The notes beneath the pieces are model-generated. The model was not told the origin of the DNA. It saw only the letters and a list, made by a program, of their open reading frames with translations, and did no database searches. Below are positions 21,874 to 31,268 of a DNA stretch of 64,000 nucleotides, piece by piece. The number at the start of each line of letters is the position of its first letter. Within the stretch, counting starts at the first letter, position 1. Position numbers and translations under genes: made by a program. This stretch comes from Epithemia pelagica (lineage: Eukaryota; Protista; Bacillariophyta): positions 2,418,001 through 2,482,000 of the forward strand of contig OX337228.1 in the NCBI GenBank assembly GCA_946965045.2, given 5' to 3'.

Positions 21874-22653
21874 TTAAGCTTCGGTCTCCGAATCCTCACC
21901 CTCTTCCGAATGATCAGAGTCGCTTCCAGGCTCAGATGGGGCAGCACAAGCAACAGAAGAAGGGGAATCACCTTCAGCCAGGTGGTTCTCGACCTCGGCA
22001 CGCAAAGGGTAGATAGTTGCACGATGGTCCTCGATGGTATGGACCTCGTGGATGTAGGCAACGTAGTTATCTAGGCGTACAACGTTAGGAGGCAGAGGGC
22101 AAGTCGTCGCGTTCACGACGTGGATGGTATTGTAGTATCCAGTTGGGCGCTCGAAGGTTAGGAAGCGGAGGTGGACAGTACGGATGGGGTTGCCCGAGAG
22201 GGCGGCAAAGATGAGGCGACGCCTCGGAGAACGATGAAGTTGGTCGTTCAGACGGTCAATGTCTTCTTGGTCGACGATGTGGGTCACCGATTGGAACTGG
22301 CGTTCGATCTGGGTCTCCCCACGGATGATCTCGGGATCGAAGGTCGAACAAGTTGGTTGGCGGAAGTACTTGATATGATCAGCAATCAACCGGGTGGTAC
22401 GACGGGATCGAGAAGGGACGAGCCGACGAGGCGGACTCGGGGGCCGAAGCAACGGCGCAGGGATTGGAGCGTGAGGCTGGGTTGGAGTCTCGAATGGGTT
22501 GCTGTTGGAACTGTCGACGGAGATGTTGACCGATGTGTTGGCTGCCTTCGGCGTCGGCACCAGTTCCTGCTGCACCAGGGTATCGGGCTGCCCGGGATGC
22601 AGGTTGGCTCGATAGATCTGTCGTACAGGAGTGATAATCTCGTTAGTATCCAT
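21874..22653 (-). CDS. Extra ORF (259 aa) of unknown function inside the inner retrotransposon, upstream of and co-oriented with gag-pol
   Basis: ATG 37 nt downstream of the 5' LTR end, 780-nt open frame, Pro/Arg-rich N-half, acidic tail, no recognisable TM or gag motif. Confidence 0.7.
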   Translation of the reverse strand: MDTNEIITPVRQIYRANLHPGQPDTLVQQELVPTPKAANTSVNISVDSSNSNPFETPTQPHAPIPAPLLRPPSPPRRLVPSRSRRTTRLIADHIKYFRQPTCSTFDPEIIRGETQIERQFQSVTHIVDQEDIDRLNDQLHRSPRRRLIFAALSGNPIRTVHLRFLTFERPTGYYNTIHVVNATTCPLPPNVVRLDNYVAYIHEVHTIEDHRATIYPLRAEVENHLAEGDSPSSVACAAPSEPGSDSDHSEEGEDSETEA

Positions 22654-22670
22654 GAAACCACAAGGAAATA

Positions 22671-22689
22671 AGCTTTGAGACTGTTAATC
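22671..22689 (-). promoter_or_regulatory. Primer-binding site of the inner element, complementary to a tRNA-Asn(GUU)-like anticodon arm
   Basis: Directly abuts the 5' LTR (…TAACA|GATTAACAGTCTCA). Its complement is TGAGA-CT-GTT-AA-TC, an anticodon stem plus 7-nt loop plus 2 correctly pairing 3'-stem bases. Confidence 0.7.
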
Positions 22690-23472
22690 TGTTACAATTC
22701 TTTCTGAATCGTAGGGACATTGATGCTCGGTAGAGCAGACAATCAGGTAGGTCACCAACCGATACAAGCTTCTCAGGGTCAGAGAAGCAAGCAAGTCGAA
22801 GTCTATCAGAAGGATAGTCGGGACACAAAAGAGGATGTGATAAATGGTGATATTGTTAGATTGTGTGTTGATTACTACGATAGGTCTACGTGAAATGTTC
22901 GGTCCTGCCAAGGGTCATGTGTCATAGGTTCTTGGCGGCAACAGGTTTGGAATAGTTGGAGTTGATTCATGTGATGTATATGACATGTATATGTGGGCGG
23001 ATAACATATACAGGGTCAACAGCTCTTGCTTTGGGTTGGCATAGTTGTTTTCATGGCGCGCAGCTTGTTGACAATTTGGAGATTGTGGGAATGGAAATAT
23101 GGTCTCGCGTGATCGTGTGTCGTGCTTGGGATACTTAGACCGTTGGATCGGATAGATGCCGATAGCGCTCGGATGTCGCTTGGGCGCGCTCGATGATTTC
23201 GGGCGCGTACGCTTAGGGCGTTAGTATAATGTCCGAGCAACGGCCAAATTTATGTCCGTTGTAATACCGCACGACCCAGTTTAGTCTTGAGAGTGAGTTC
23301 GTCAATCTATTCTCACTTTTCATGATTTGCGAAGAAATATAGGTCGATATAGCGCGAAGCTAGGAAACATAGCTCGAAGCTAGAGGGCATGATGCGATAG
23401 CACGAGGCTATGTGACATGGGGAATCGATGAGATGTAGAATCTAACCACCATAGACGGTGAGAATTCTAACA
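22690..23472 (-). repeat. 5' LTR of the inner element (783 bp)
   Basis: Identical by eye to 15089-15871. Confidence 0.96.
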
Positions 23473-23708
23473 ACCCCTGGATTGTTGATCGTTGCTGGTT
23501 GTCCAGCTAAGCCTGCATCTGGATTGGCGATACGGCCACCAGGTTTGCGGCAGTTCTCACATATCGTTGCAATATCATCGTCTGTAAGGCCCGTGAAATC
23601 ATCGGGACCCTGTAATCCTTGTGCATTGATTGCTGTACGGACACTGTTCTCGGTAATACCGAGTGTTCCATTTAAGTAGTTATTGAATGCTGCTAAAGCT
23701 GCTGCCAT
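23473..23708 (-). pseudogene. gag: Outer-element Gag, N-terminal part
   Basis: MAAALAAFNNYLNGTLGI...GLQGPDDFTGLTDDDIATICENCRKPGG...NPG, cut at the ACCCC target site. Confidence 0.88.
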
Positions 23709-24148
23709 GGTTAGGACTCTTTTCTGTGCTTCTGTGCTTCGACTTGTCAAACTTGGCCAGCCAACAATGAGCCAAGCGTGAGAGAGGGAGGAACAACAAC
23801 GTTAGATTGAGGATCACGGACTGCCATGCCCGTTGGACATGCCAAAAGATTACTTATGCCTGCATGCGTTGAATGACTCAACTGGGGAAGAAACTGTACA
23901 TGAGACAGATCCCACGCGTTGGGTATGGACATTTTCGTCGTCGATCCAGCAGCATAGGATCCTGTCTTGGCACGTCTGCCGGGGTGCTCTTTGGTAACAT
24001 GCGCGTAAGGGCTGACCATGAACCTGATGATGGACGTGGACTGCTGCAATCACACGTATCATACACATCATCTGTGAGCGACATAACCTCTCTCTGTTGG
24101 TTAGCCAGATATTTTGAACCTTCCCAGGTTGTCCTTCTTGGGTGTGTC

Positions 24149-24163
24149 TTGGGTCTGATAAAC
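24149..24163 (-). promoter_or_regulatory. Primer-binding site of the outer element, complementary to a tRNA-Ile(GAU)-like anticodon arm
   Basis: GTTTATCAGACCCAA directly after the 5' LTR. The same 15-mer is at 59985-59999 in the third element. Complement: T-TGGGT-CT-GAT-AA-AC. Confidence 0.72.
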
Positions 24164-24296
24164 CAAAAGAAACTACTGTCTACGGTACGAAAACGGAGGA
24201 CGGTTCTAAAATTGTGTTTACGATGACCGTGAGCAACTCTCATCCCAACGAGCTATCCCAGCGCCAATTTTGGCCGGTCACCTGTGTCTTTTCTTG
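24164..24296 (-). repeat. 5' LTR of the outer element (133 bp)
   Basis: Matches 9481-9613 with one mismatch. Confidence 0.92.
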
Positions 24297-24403
24297 CAAA
24301 AGTTGGAGCCAACTTTTGCAGCCCCAAAAGCTGAAACATCGTTGAACCCGGATTTGAGGTCCTATTTCCGGGTTTTCCGTGACGTGTCACGCTCCAACTT
24401 TTG
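24295..24403. repeat. Cluster of nested inverted repeats (MITE/foldback-like) at the outer-element target site
   Basis: TGCAAAAGTTGG-AG-CCAACTTTTGCA, AACCCGGA…TCCGGGTT and CGTGAC-GT-GTCACG, with a perfect 13-bp outer IR CAAAAGTTGGAGC/GCTCCAACTTTTG (24297-24309, 24391-24403). Confidence 0.6.
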
Positions 24404-24893
24404 TTTTGCAGATGCTGAAGGAACGGCCTAAGTGAGTTTGGAAATGTCGGCATGCGAGACGCCGGCCCGACGTGATATAGACTCACGCGGCGGGCCAGCG
24501 ACAGCAGCGGTACATTATCATAAGAGGCATAAGGTACATAGAGGTAGTTGCAGCCAAAGCTAGCAGAGCTATTGTACTCCTACGAGGAGCTAATCATAGG
24601 AGTACGCCTCCAGTAGATGCTCTCTAGCTAGGAGTACTGGACGTTTAGGAGCCACATTCTTATTCACCTTGAAGGAGTCTGCGAAGACAAAGGGACGTTG
24701 AGCTCTGCTCAAGAGTGGGTTTGTAGCGGAGAATTTAAGGTCCAAGCTCAGCAAAGTTCCAGCGACACCACGCAAAAAGATTCGAGAAGACAACCACCCG
24801 TGCTTTTCTACCTTCCCCAGGACACAAAGCTACTTATGCACAGAGATCGGGAAAACAGAACTCAGTACCGTTGGGATCGCAGTTTCCTGACGT

Positions 24894-26099
24894 TTAGCGG
24901 AGCTCCACTTTCAAGTCTTCTGCCGCTTGATAACGAACTTCGCTTTGTAGGTTGTCAATCTCCTCGTTGGTCAAGTTTCTGTCCATGGATCGATAGGAAA
25001 TGCGATAGCAATGCGATGTTCGATTGGTTTTTGGGTGGGTAAATGAGTCAATCAAATCAATCTGCTCAACCATATCGCCGGCGACACCTCTGACAAGTTC
25101 GTTGAAATCATTTACATGAAACTTGGGAGTAAGCCAGAAGCTAATGTCTTTGTAGCACGCGGGGTACTTGGAGTATGGTTGGAACTTCACAACTTCGCCA
25201 GAGGAGAATTGTGAGAGGAATCGTTTATCCTCTGTCCAAAACAGGCGAATGTCAGGGATTTGGAAGAGAACCATTGCCAATCGTTCAAGGCCAAGGCCAA
25301 ATGCCCATCCCTTGTCCTTTGGACGATCTGCATTTGACAGAATTTCGGGATGTACCACGCCACAGCCAAGAACTTCCAACCATTCATCCTGAAAGTAAAT
25401 CTCCAACTCGAAGCTGGGTTCTGTGAAAGGAAAATATGCATCCACCCAACGCATTTCTGTGGGTCCGAATAAGTGTGTGGCAAGGCCTTCTAAACCTTTC
25501 TTCAAGTCTGACTCCACCATTCTTATCTGCTCTTCCTCGGATTTTCCGGCCAGCTCATCGGGCTGGAAGATTTTCACTCCTTCTGTTTGATGAAACACAG
25601 GATAATGTGAGCGATCAATCTCATCTCTCCGATACACGTCTCCCGAGACGAGGAATTTATTCAAACCCTGTTTCAAAAGGTCTATTTGATGCGCTGATGT
25701 ATGAGTACGTAGAACTGTCTCGCTGTTGAGGTAGTACGTGTCGGATGGATTGCGGCTCACGTGATCCTTGGGAATACGAAGGAGATCAAAATTGTTGTTG
25801 GTGGAAACAATTGGAGACAAATCGTCAAATGTTTCGAATTCTGTCCCCCAATATGTTTGGATCTTGGACTGAAGGGTTTGTAACGGATGGTGTAAACGTC
25901 GATGAAGATTCGTTCCGACTCGTTTGACAATGGTAGGGGTGACGTTGCATTCAGGGTCCCCAAGAGAGAACTGCGAGATATCTGCTACTCTGTTACTCAC
26001 AAGGGACGACGATGAGGCACCTCTACGGAAAGTATGACGAGCTGTGTTGGCTTCTCGTCGGCAAAGAAAAAGGCGGCTGTTTCTGGTAACCAACATCAT
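24894..26099 (-). CDS. FARS2: Organellar (mitochondrial-type, monomeric) phenylalanyl-tRNA synthetase
   Basis: LRTHTSAHQ, GDVYRRDEIDRSHYPVFHQTEG, YFPFTEPSFELE, GWAFGLGLERLAM, C-terminal ferredoxin-fold anticodon-binding domain, Arg/Ser-rich presequence. Confidence 0.95.
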   Translation of the reverse strand: MMLVTRNSRLFLCRREANTARHTFRRGASSSSLVSNRVADISQFSLGDPECNVTPTIVKRVGTNLHRRLHHPLQTLQSKIQTYWGTEFETFDDLSPIVSTNNNFDLLRIPKDHVSRNPSDTYYLNSETVLRTHTSAHQIDLLKQGLNKFLVSGDVYRRDEIDRSHYPVFHQTEGVKIFQPDELAGKSEEEQIRMVESDLKKGLEGLATHLFGPTEMRWVDAYFPFTEPSFELEIYFQDEWLEVLGCGVVHPEILSNADRPKDKGWAFGLGLERLAMVLFQIPDIRLFWTEDKRFLSQFSSGEVVKFQPYSKYPACYKDISFWLTPKFHVNDFNELVRGVAGDMVEQIDLIDSFTHPKTNRTSHCYRISYRSMDRNLTNEEIDNLQSEVRYQAAEDLKVELR

Positions 26100-26327
26100 C
26101 GTCGTCTCCCGCCGCCAATTTGGATCTTGGGGATCTTGGAGAATGTGCGTGGGTCGGTGTCACTACTTGTCGTTTCAGTCGCTGTTTAGAGCTCATCAGT
26201 CGCATTTCGTTTTACATCAACCTATAGAGAGCAGAGCTATCCGTATTGTCGGCTGTATTAGTACTCCTCTAGTAGAAGTATATTCCTCCTATTCTCGCTT
26301 CTACAGAGTATCTACTATCCACTGGGT

Positions 26328-28295
26328 TCACGAGGGTACAAGTGGAATTGTTGTTTCCAATGCACTTTCGAGAAGATTTAGCCGATGATGTTCATCAGGT
26401 CGAGACGTCGTTGTGTCACTTGAAGTCCACTGATCTAAATTCGCTTGAATCGATACATAAAGACGCTTGAGTGGTTCCTTGTGTAAATGTGAGAGACTAG
26501 GTGGCCAGAGATTGCTTGGACTGTGCACTAGACTCCATAGACGGACCACGGAGAGGATCGAGACGCACAGTTCCGTCTGGTCAATCATTCGATCCCAGCC
26601 AGTCATTGGCGATGGTGACTGGGACGATGTCGCGTCCGGGAAACATTTTTCCATAATTTCACCCCAGAGGTCATCCAAGTATTGCCAAGCAGCGATTTGA
26701 CCCCCACTAACTTGATCAGACTCGTTTTCTTTGTCGTTGTGCTTATTCCAGAACACAAAAGGTCGCAGAAGATCCAGCAATTTAGGTTTGAAACCCGGTT
26801 GGGGACATGTATCGACCAAATGTTTCACCAATGACACTTGGTTGATTGGAACGTATTTGGAGAGCAGCGGTTTCATGAAAAAGGAAAAACACTGTGTTCC
26901 ATCTGGAAGATGATGTTGTGCCTCTGCTGGTTGGCTTGGACTGACCACGGAAACCGATGTCATTCGCAGAATGTGATTGGATAATAGCTGAAAGGTTTGG
27001 ACTGCAGCATGGTTGGGTCGTCCATCTTGGTTCTTTGGGGTTGTTCTTAGAACTAGGGTTGCACGTGGGGTCACTTCCAACAACGACCGCAACAATTTAA
27101 ACGCCAAGATCTGACTGGACAGATTCTCCTCCTCCTCTAATAAAATAGGAACGTACGGGAAGAACAAATTCCACGAATAGATGGGATGCCACACCAACGG
27201 TCGGTAGTCCGTGTGGAATCCATGTGCCGCCAAAAGGGCAATCCCCTTATTGTCCCACACGGTATCCACATGACACACGTATTCCGTGCTCTCCTCGTAA
27301 GCGTCCTCATCATCATCTTGCCTCCAAGAACACCAATAGGACAACGCTGAGGACATTGTCTGTGAATCACCATCCCATTTTATATTTTCATGGTGGTCCC
27401 TTCGGTGGATGCTACGGGAAACATGGCACCACACCAAGTCAAAGCGTCCTTCGAGGATGACATTGATACATTCCAGCAAAGTCAGCACCATAGAGTCACC
27501 CGGCCCCGCAATTTTTGTCACGTGACACCTCTTATCGCCACTTTCGCTGTCAATTTGGTGATAACCATGATACAATACGATCAATTGAACCACAATGTTT
27601 ATCGCACTGGCTACAATTGCAGCAGCCAACTTTGGATTACGCTGCAGGGGTTCATGCGAGAGAAGAACGCGGCGAACACACCATATACTGGGAATCATGT
27701 AGCTGGCGACTAAGTTGATACTTGAGGACAGGAAACCATCATCGACCAGCTGCACGTTGTAATCTGGCGGGACGAATCTCCTTTGAAAGAGTTGCATGGT
27801 TTCAAACAAGAGACTCTTCCAGCGCTTCAAGTATTTTCCAGGGTTCTCCTTACATTGTCGAAGAGAATAACAACACAGCAGCAAGCACGTCATCCGAAAG
27901 AGCACTCCACGTTGAAAAGACGCGGGAGACAGACATGAATCTATCGTGTTTGCTTTGTCAAAGTGTATGGCTTGCGATGCAATAGCGTGTATCTGAAAGG
28001 CCGATATGACATCGTCTTGAGCCAGGAGTAATCCTATCCGTTTCCATTCGACAATCCATTCCTGAAGGCTTACGTTCCCTCTATCTGGACATGCAACATC
28101 CGCACCGTTCTCACAGGTAAGGCATATCCAGATTAAACGAGGTAAACCGTGGTGCAATTCGATGTTCGTTGACAATAAGGACGAAGATTCTGGTTCTGGA
28201 TGATCTCTTTCTACAGAATCGACCAAACTCGACAGACGGGTTAAAAAAGACTGCAGGTGATCTTCACCCTCTGGAGCTGTTGTTGTTGCATCCAT
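26328..28295 (-). CDS. Hypothetical 655-aa alpha-helical protein (weak resemblance to the glomulin/ALF4/YBP family, unverified)
   Basis: Long ATG-initiated intronless ORF, Leu-rich helical composition, no motif confidently recognised. Confidence 0.6.
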   Translation of the reverse strand: MDATTTAPEGEDHLQSFLTRLSSLVDSVERDHPEPESSSLLSTNIELHHGLPRLIWICLTCENGADVACPDRGNVSLQEWIVEWKRIGLLLAQDDVISAFQIHAIASQAIHFDKANTIDSCLSPASFQRGVLFRMTCLLLCCYSLRQCKENPGKYLKRWKSLLFETMQLFQRRFVPPDYNVQLVDDGFLSSSINLVASYMIPSIWCVRRVLLSHEPLQRNPKLAAAIVASAINIVVQLIVLYHGYHQIDSESGDKRCHVTKIAGPGDSMVLTLLECINVILEGRFDLVWCHVSRSIHRRDHHENIKWDGDSQTMSSALSYWCSWRQDDDEDAYEESTEYVCHVDTVWDNKGIALLAAHGFHTDYRPLVWHPIYSWNLFFPYVPILLEEEENLSSQILAFKLLRSLLEVTPRATLVLRTTPKNQDGRPNHAAVQTFQLLSNHILRMTSVSVVSPSQPAEAQHHLPDGTQCFSFFMKPLLSKYVPINQVSLVKHLVDTCPQPGFKPKLLDLLRPFVFWNKHNDKENESDQVSGGQIAAWQYLDDLWGEIMEKCFPDATSSQSPSPMTGWDRMIDQTELCVSILSVVRLWSLVHSPSNLWPPSLSHLHKEPLKRLYVSIQANLDQWTSSDTTTSRPDEHHRLNLLESALETTIPLVPS

Positions 28296-28740
28296 TCTGC
28301 CGGTCTCCTTTCGTTATTGTTTTGGACTCTCGCCATGGTCCAAATGAAAATGTACGCCCGCCGTCCGTTTGCACGCGCTCCGATGGGGGACTTGGGGACC
28401 AACTCTTATTCAACACAAAAGCTACGCAACAGTTGGAGGTTGGATGGAGGGTCTTTTAGAATACCTCTAGCCGTAAGGTACTCCTCGAAGGGGCCCCGAC
28501 CCCCGACGGCCATAGGAGGTATCAGGGCTAGAATTACCGTCAAAGAGTACATGGCAATTAATATTTTCAGCATATATAGAACCAAACACTTTGAGAGAGC
28601 AATATGATCTTCAGTGTCATCTATTTATGGGGAGATTGAACGGATAGATTATTTCTTGTTTGCTGTGCTTTCATATTTTGCCAGCAGATGAATCACGGTG
28701 TCCTCTTTCCACTTCAATAGAAGAGCATGTAAAAGAATCC

Positions 28741-29274
28741 TCAATTACCACCATCGACAGTCACTTCTTGAGCATCGTCATTAATGGTCGCCAAGGCTAA
28801 CTCACAAGGTAATTCTTTGTTCCAGCTGCTAATCGACAATTCACCAAAGTGATCATATATTGTGACACCAAACGAGCCCACACAAGCTTTTGACACAGGA
28901 TCCTGCAGTAATATAATCAGACGGTAGTTTTTCCCCGCCACCACTTGTTCATAGGCGCGAATAATTTGGAAAGCAAACGAAGTGGTCGGGGAGACAGAGG
29001 TCGAGGTCTCCATGAAGCTGTATTTTTGATCGGCTTCAGACAAATGATCAACAGCCAGTTTCGCTGACAAGACAATACGTTCGTCTTTCACTGGTTCATC
29101 CACACGCTTGTACGATCCAACCATGTTCCGAACATCCTGGTCATTACCGTTATCAATTCTTGATCCTTCGTCAGATCCTGCGGCTGCTTCAACCGAAGCG
29201 GGAAAGAAATCATAATATTCCATTGATAATAGAAGGAAGATAAGAAGAATAAGACTTTTTTGGTCCATTGTCAT
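28741..29274 (-). CDS. Cystatin-family cysteine-protease inhibitor with an N-terminal signal/anchor
   Basis: Hydrophobic N-terminus, VGSYKRV, and the QVVAGKNY (QxVxG) cystatin loop. Confidence 0.8.
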   Translation of the reverse strand: MTMDQKSLILLIFLLLSMEYYDFFPASVEAAAGSDEGSRIDNGNDQDVRNMVGSYKRVDEPVKDERIVLSAKLAVDHLSEADQKYSFMETSTSVSPTTSFAFQIIRAYEQVVAGKNYRLIILLQDPVSKACVGSFGVTIYDHFGELSISSWNKELPCELALATINDDAQEVTVDGGN

Positions 29275-29604
29275 GGTTCTTGTTCTGTGTTCTTTCACGA
29301 GGAGGGATCAAAGTTTTTTATTCGCTCTCATCATTTCATTCGTAGTGTCACTGTCACCGAGAAAATCCGGGTTATTTTATGGATTGCACCGCTCTATAAT
29401 TCCGCGCGCGCTGCCATGCTTCCATCACGCCAGGCGACAATGCCGCAAAATACGGCGCTACACTTTTAATTATTTGCTCCTTTGGCGATTGTCCAACAAA
29501 GCGACAAAATTACAGAGCCGTAAGACGACACATCAATCACCGCTTGTTGACCAAGTTGCTCTTAAAGGAGGCTGCTCTGCTACTCTTTGTATACCAATGC
29601 AATA

Positions 29605-30840
29605 ATGAATACGTCAATGCTTTTGCAACTTCTAAAAGTTGCGCTGTTGGCCATGGCCACGGCCAAAGTTGATGGGAAAAGCAATTCGAACTACTATCCG
29701 AGCGACTTGGGGATGTCTGACGCCAACATAGGGAAGAAGATGTACTGGGCAACGGCTCTGGATATTCTTGATGACGTATCCCAGTTTGATGCTTTATATG
29801 TTACACATCACAACTGCGCGTAAGTTCTCTGTGTGTAAATGAGTTCAACCACGCAAATTGACGCATTTCCCTAACATTGTTTCCGGTCATCTTTTCAAAA
29901 CAGCTGGAGCTCCTACACTGTGGGATGCGGTGCAGAAGTAAATGATGATCAACTATGGTACATGGAATTGTCTCCCTGTTTCCGTGCGAACGCTGCCTTT
30001 TCGTTGTATGGAATTCTCAAAGGAGAGAAAGATCGAGGATGCAGTCGCAAAACCTTCATCAATTCGTTCATGACATCTACGGGTATTGAGGATTTTACTA
30101 ATGCCATGGTCGCCGCTGGAAAGAGCTTCACGAGTGCTTATAACGGCGGAAACGGATATCCCGGAGGTGTAACATCGTCCTGTGCTGTCATTTCCGAACA
30201 GGGTCAAGACAATGGAGGAGGGGCTATGCTAAATGACTACTACAACAGTTATGGCGTGGCATGCTCATCATCTGGACAATACATGTCATCATTCTTTAAA
30301 GGTGCTTTTTGTAGCGACACAGAACTAATTGGAACAAAAGATGACTTGGACACATTCAACGAGGAAATATCGAATATCAAATGCGTTCCAATATACAGAT
30401 CCAGTGGACAACGGCGTGCAGAAGATGCCAACGGTTATGACAACAGCCCTCTGTTCCTTCTTGTAAACAGCCAAACATGCAGTGTAGCAGAATATCCAAA
30501 AAGTTGTCCTGATCCATTTGGAAAGGTGAAACAGTACGAGAAAGCTTTGGCTTTATCCACAGGACAAAGACACAACAAGCGCAACGAAAGGATTCGGTTG
30601 GCAGTCTCTTGGATGCTGCTGCTACTTGGCATTAGTGCCTTATCTGTACCTGCATTCATATCGCGAAGAAGAAAACATAAGCGGAAGCAGGGGGTGGAGG
30701 ACGACAGGAGTGTCAAGAAGAGAACTTTGTGGCAACGTTTCATGCATTCAATGAAGAAGAAACAAAGACCTTCATCTCATTACAGTGGTGGTACGACCAA
30801 CAGTGGCAGGAACTCTACTACATCCTCAATAACCGCATGA
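29605..30840 (+). CDS. Cys-rich secreted/type I membrane protein of unknown function; predicted intron 29820-29903
   Basis: Signal peptide, GTAAGT...CAG intron giving HNCAWS in frame, Cys-rich ectodomain, C-terminal TM and basic tail. Confidence 0.75.
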
Positions 30841-31268
30841 GGAAAGGGGACAAAAATTTCAGGCAGCACTATATCTGACAAGACGCGCATCGAAAGAAGA
30901 GAAGACAAAGAAAACAAAAATGTTGGTGGGGAGATCGCTGTGTCCCGTTTGTTTGTTGATTTCATGGTGGTTTTGTATACTGGAGGTCGAAACCGCATCT
31001 CTCCTTCTCATGCAGCTCATGTGCGCATTGTGTAAAATTTGATTGTGACCCGCGGCCTTTTAGGGCCGGGTGAAGGTCCCTCTTTCCAGTAGTGCCGCAT
31101 GTACTTACTCTAAACTCTTATAGGCTATTACTCGTCCAACATCATTGGAGTGTTTCGTTTACGTCAGTCACCTGTTCGAAACCATATACTCGGAACGTTC
31201 CTCTATGAAACAATTTCTGGAGGGCAACCTGTTTTGTCACAAAGAAAATGAAAAGAAAACGTCCATGA

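Larger units (their letters stand above)
15089..23472 (-). mobile_element. Inner (nested) Ty1/copia CoDi-like LTR retrotransposon, 8384 bp, apparently intact
   Basis: Two 783-bp TG...CA LTRs that are identical by eye, 5-bp TSD ACCCC (15084-15088 and 23473-23477), and an uninterrupted gag-pol ORF. Confidence 0.97.
9481..24296 (-). mobile_element. Outer Ty1/copia (CoDi-like) LTR retrotransposon, about 6.4 kb without the nested insert
   Basis: 133-bp direct repeats at both ends, CAAA duplicated on both flanks (9477-9480, 24297-24300), gag plus PR-IN-RT-RH order, PBS next to the 5' LTR and a purine tract (GAGGGGAC) next to the 3' LTR. Confidence 0.93.

Noticed and set aside
21874-22653. Extra ORF as an envelope-like gene
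   Set aside because: It has no signal peptide or TM helix and lies upstream of gag rather than 3' of pol.
22171-22671. 166-aa plus-strand ORF inside the inner element
   Set aside because: It is an antisense shadow of the 259-aa ORF with no recognisable motifs.
9481-24296. 133-bp direct repeat as a segmental duplication or CRISPR-like repeat
   Set aside because: Only two copies, flanking gag-pol with PBS and purine tract in the LTR positions. No spacer array was seen anywhere in the window.
24520-24800. TA/CTAG-rich stretch as RIP-like decay, and the 67-aa ORF 24590-24793
   Set aside because: Similar TA-rich tracts occur at other gene ends (7681-7760, 26220-26330, 28440-28600). The ORF has no ATG and no motif.
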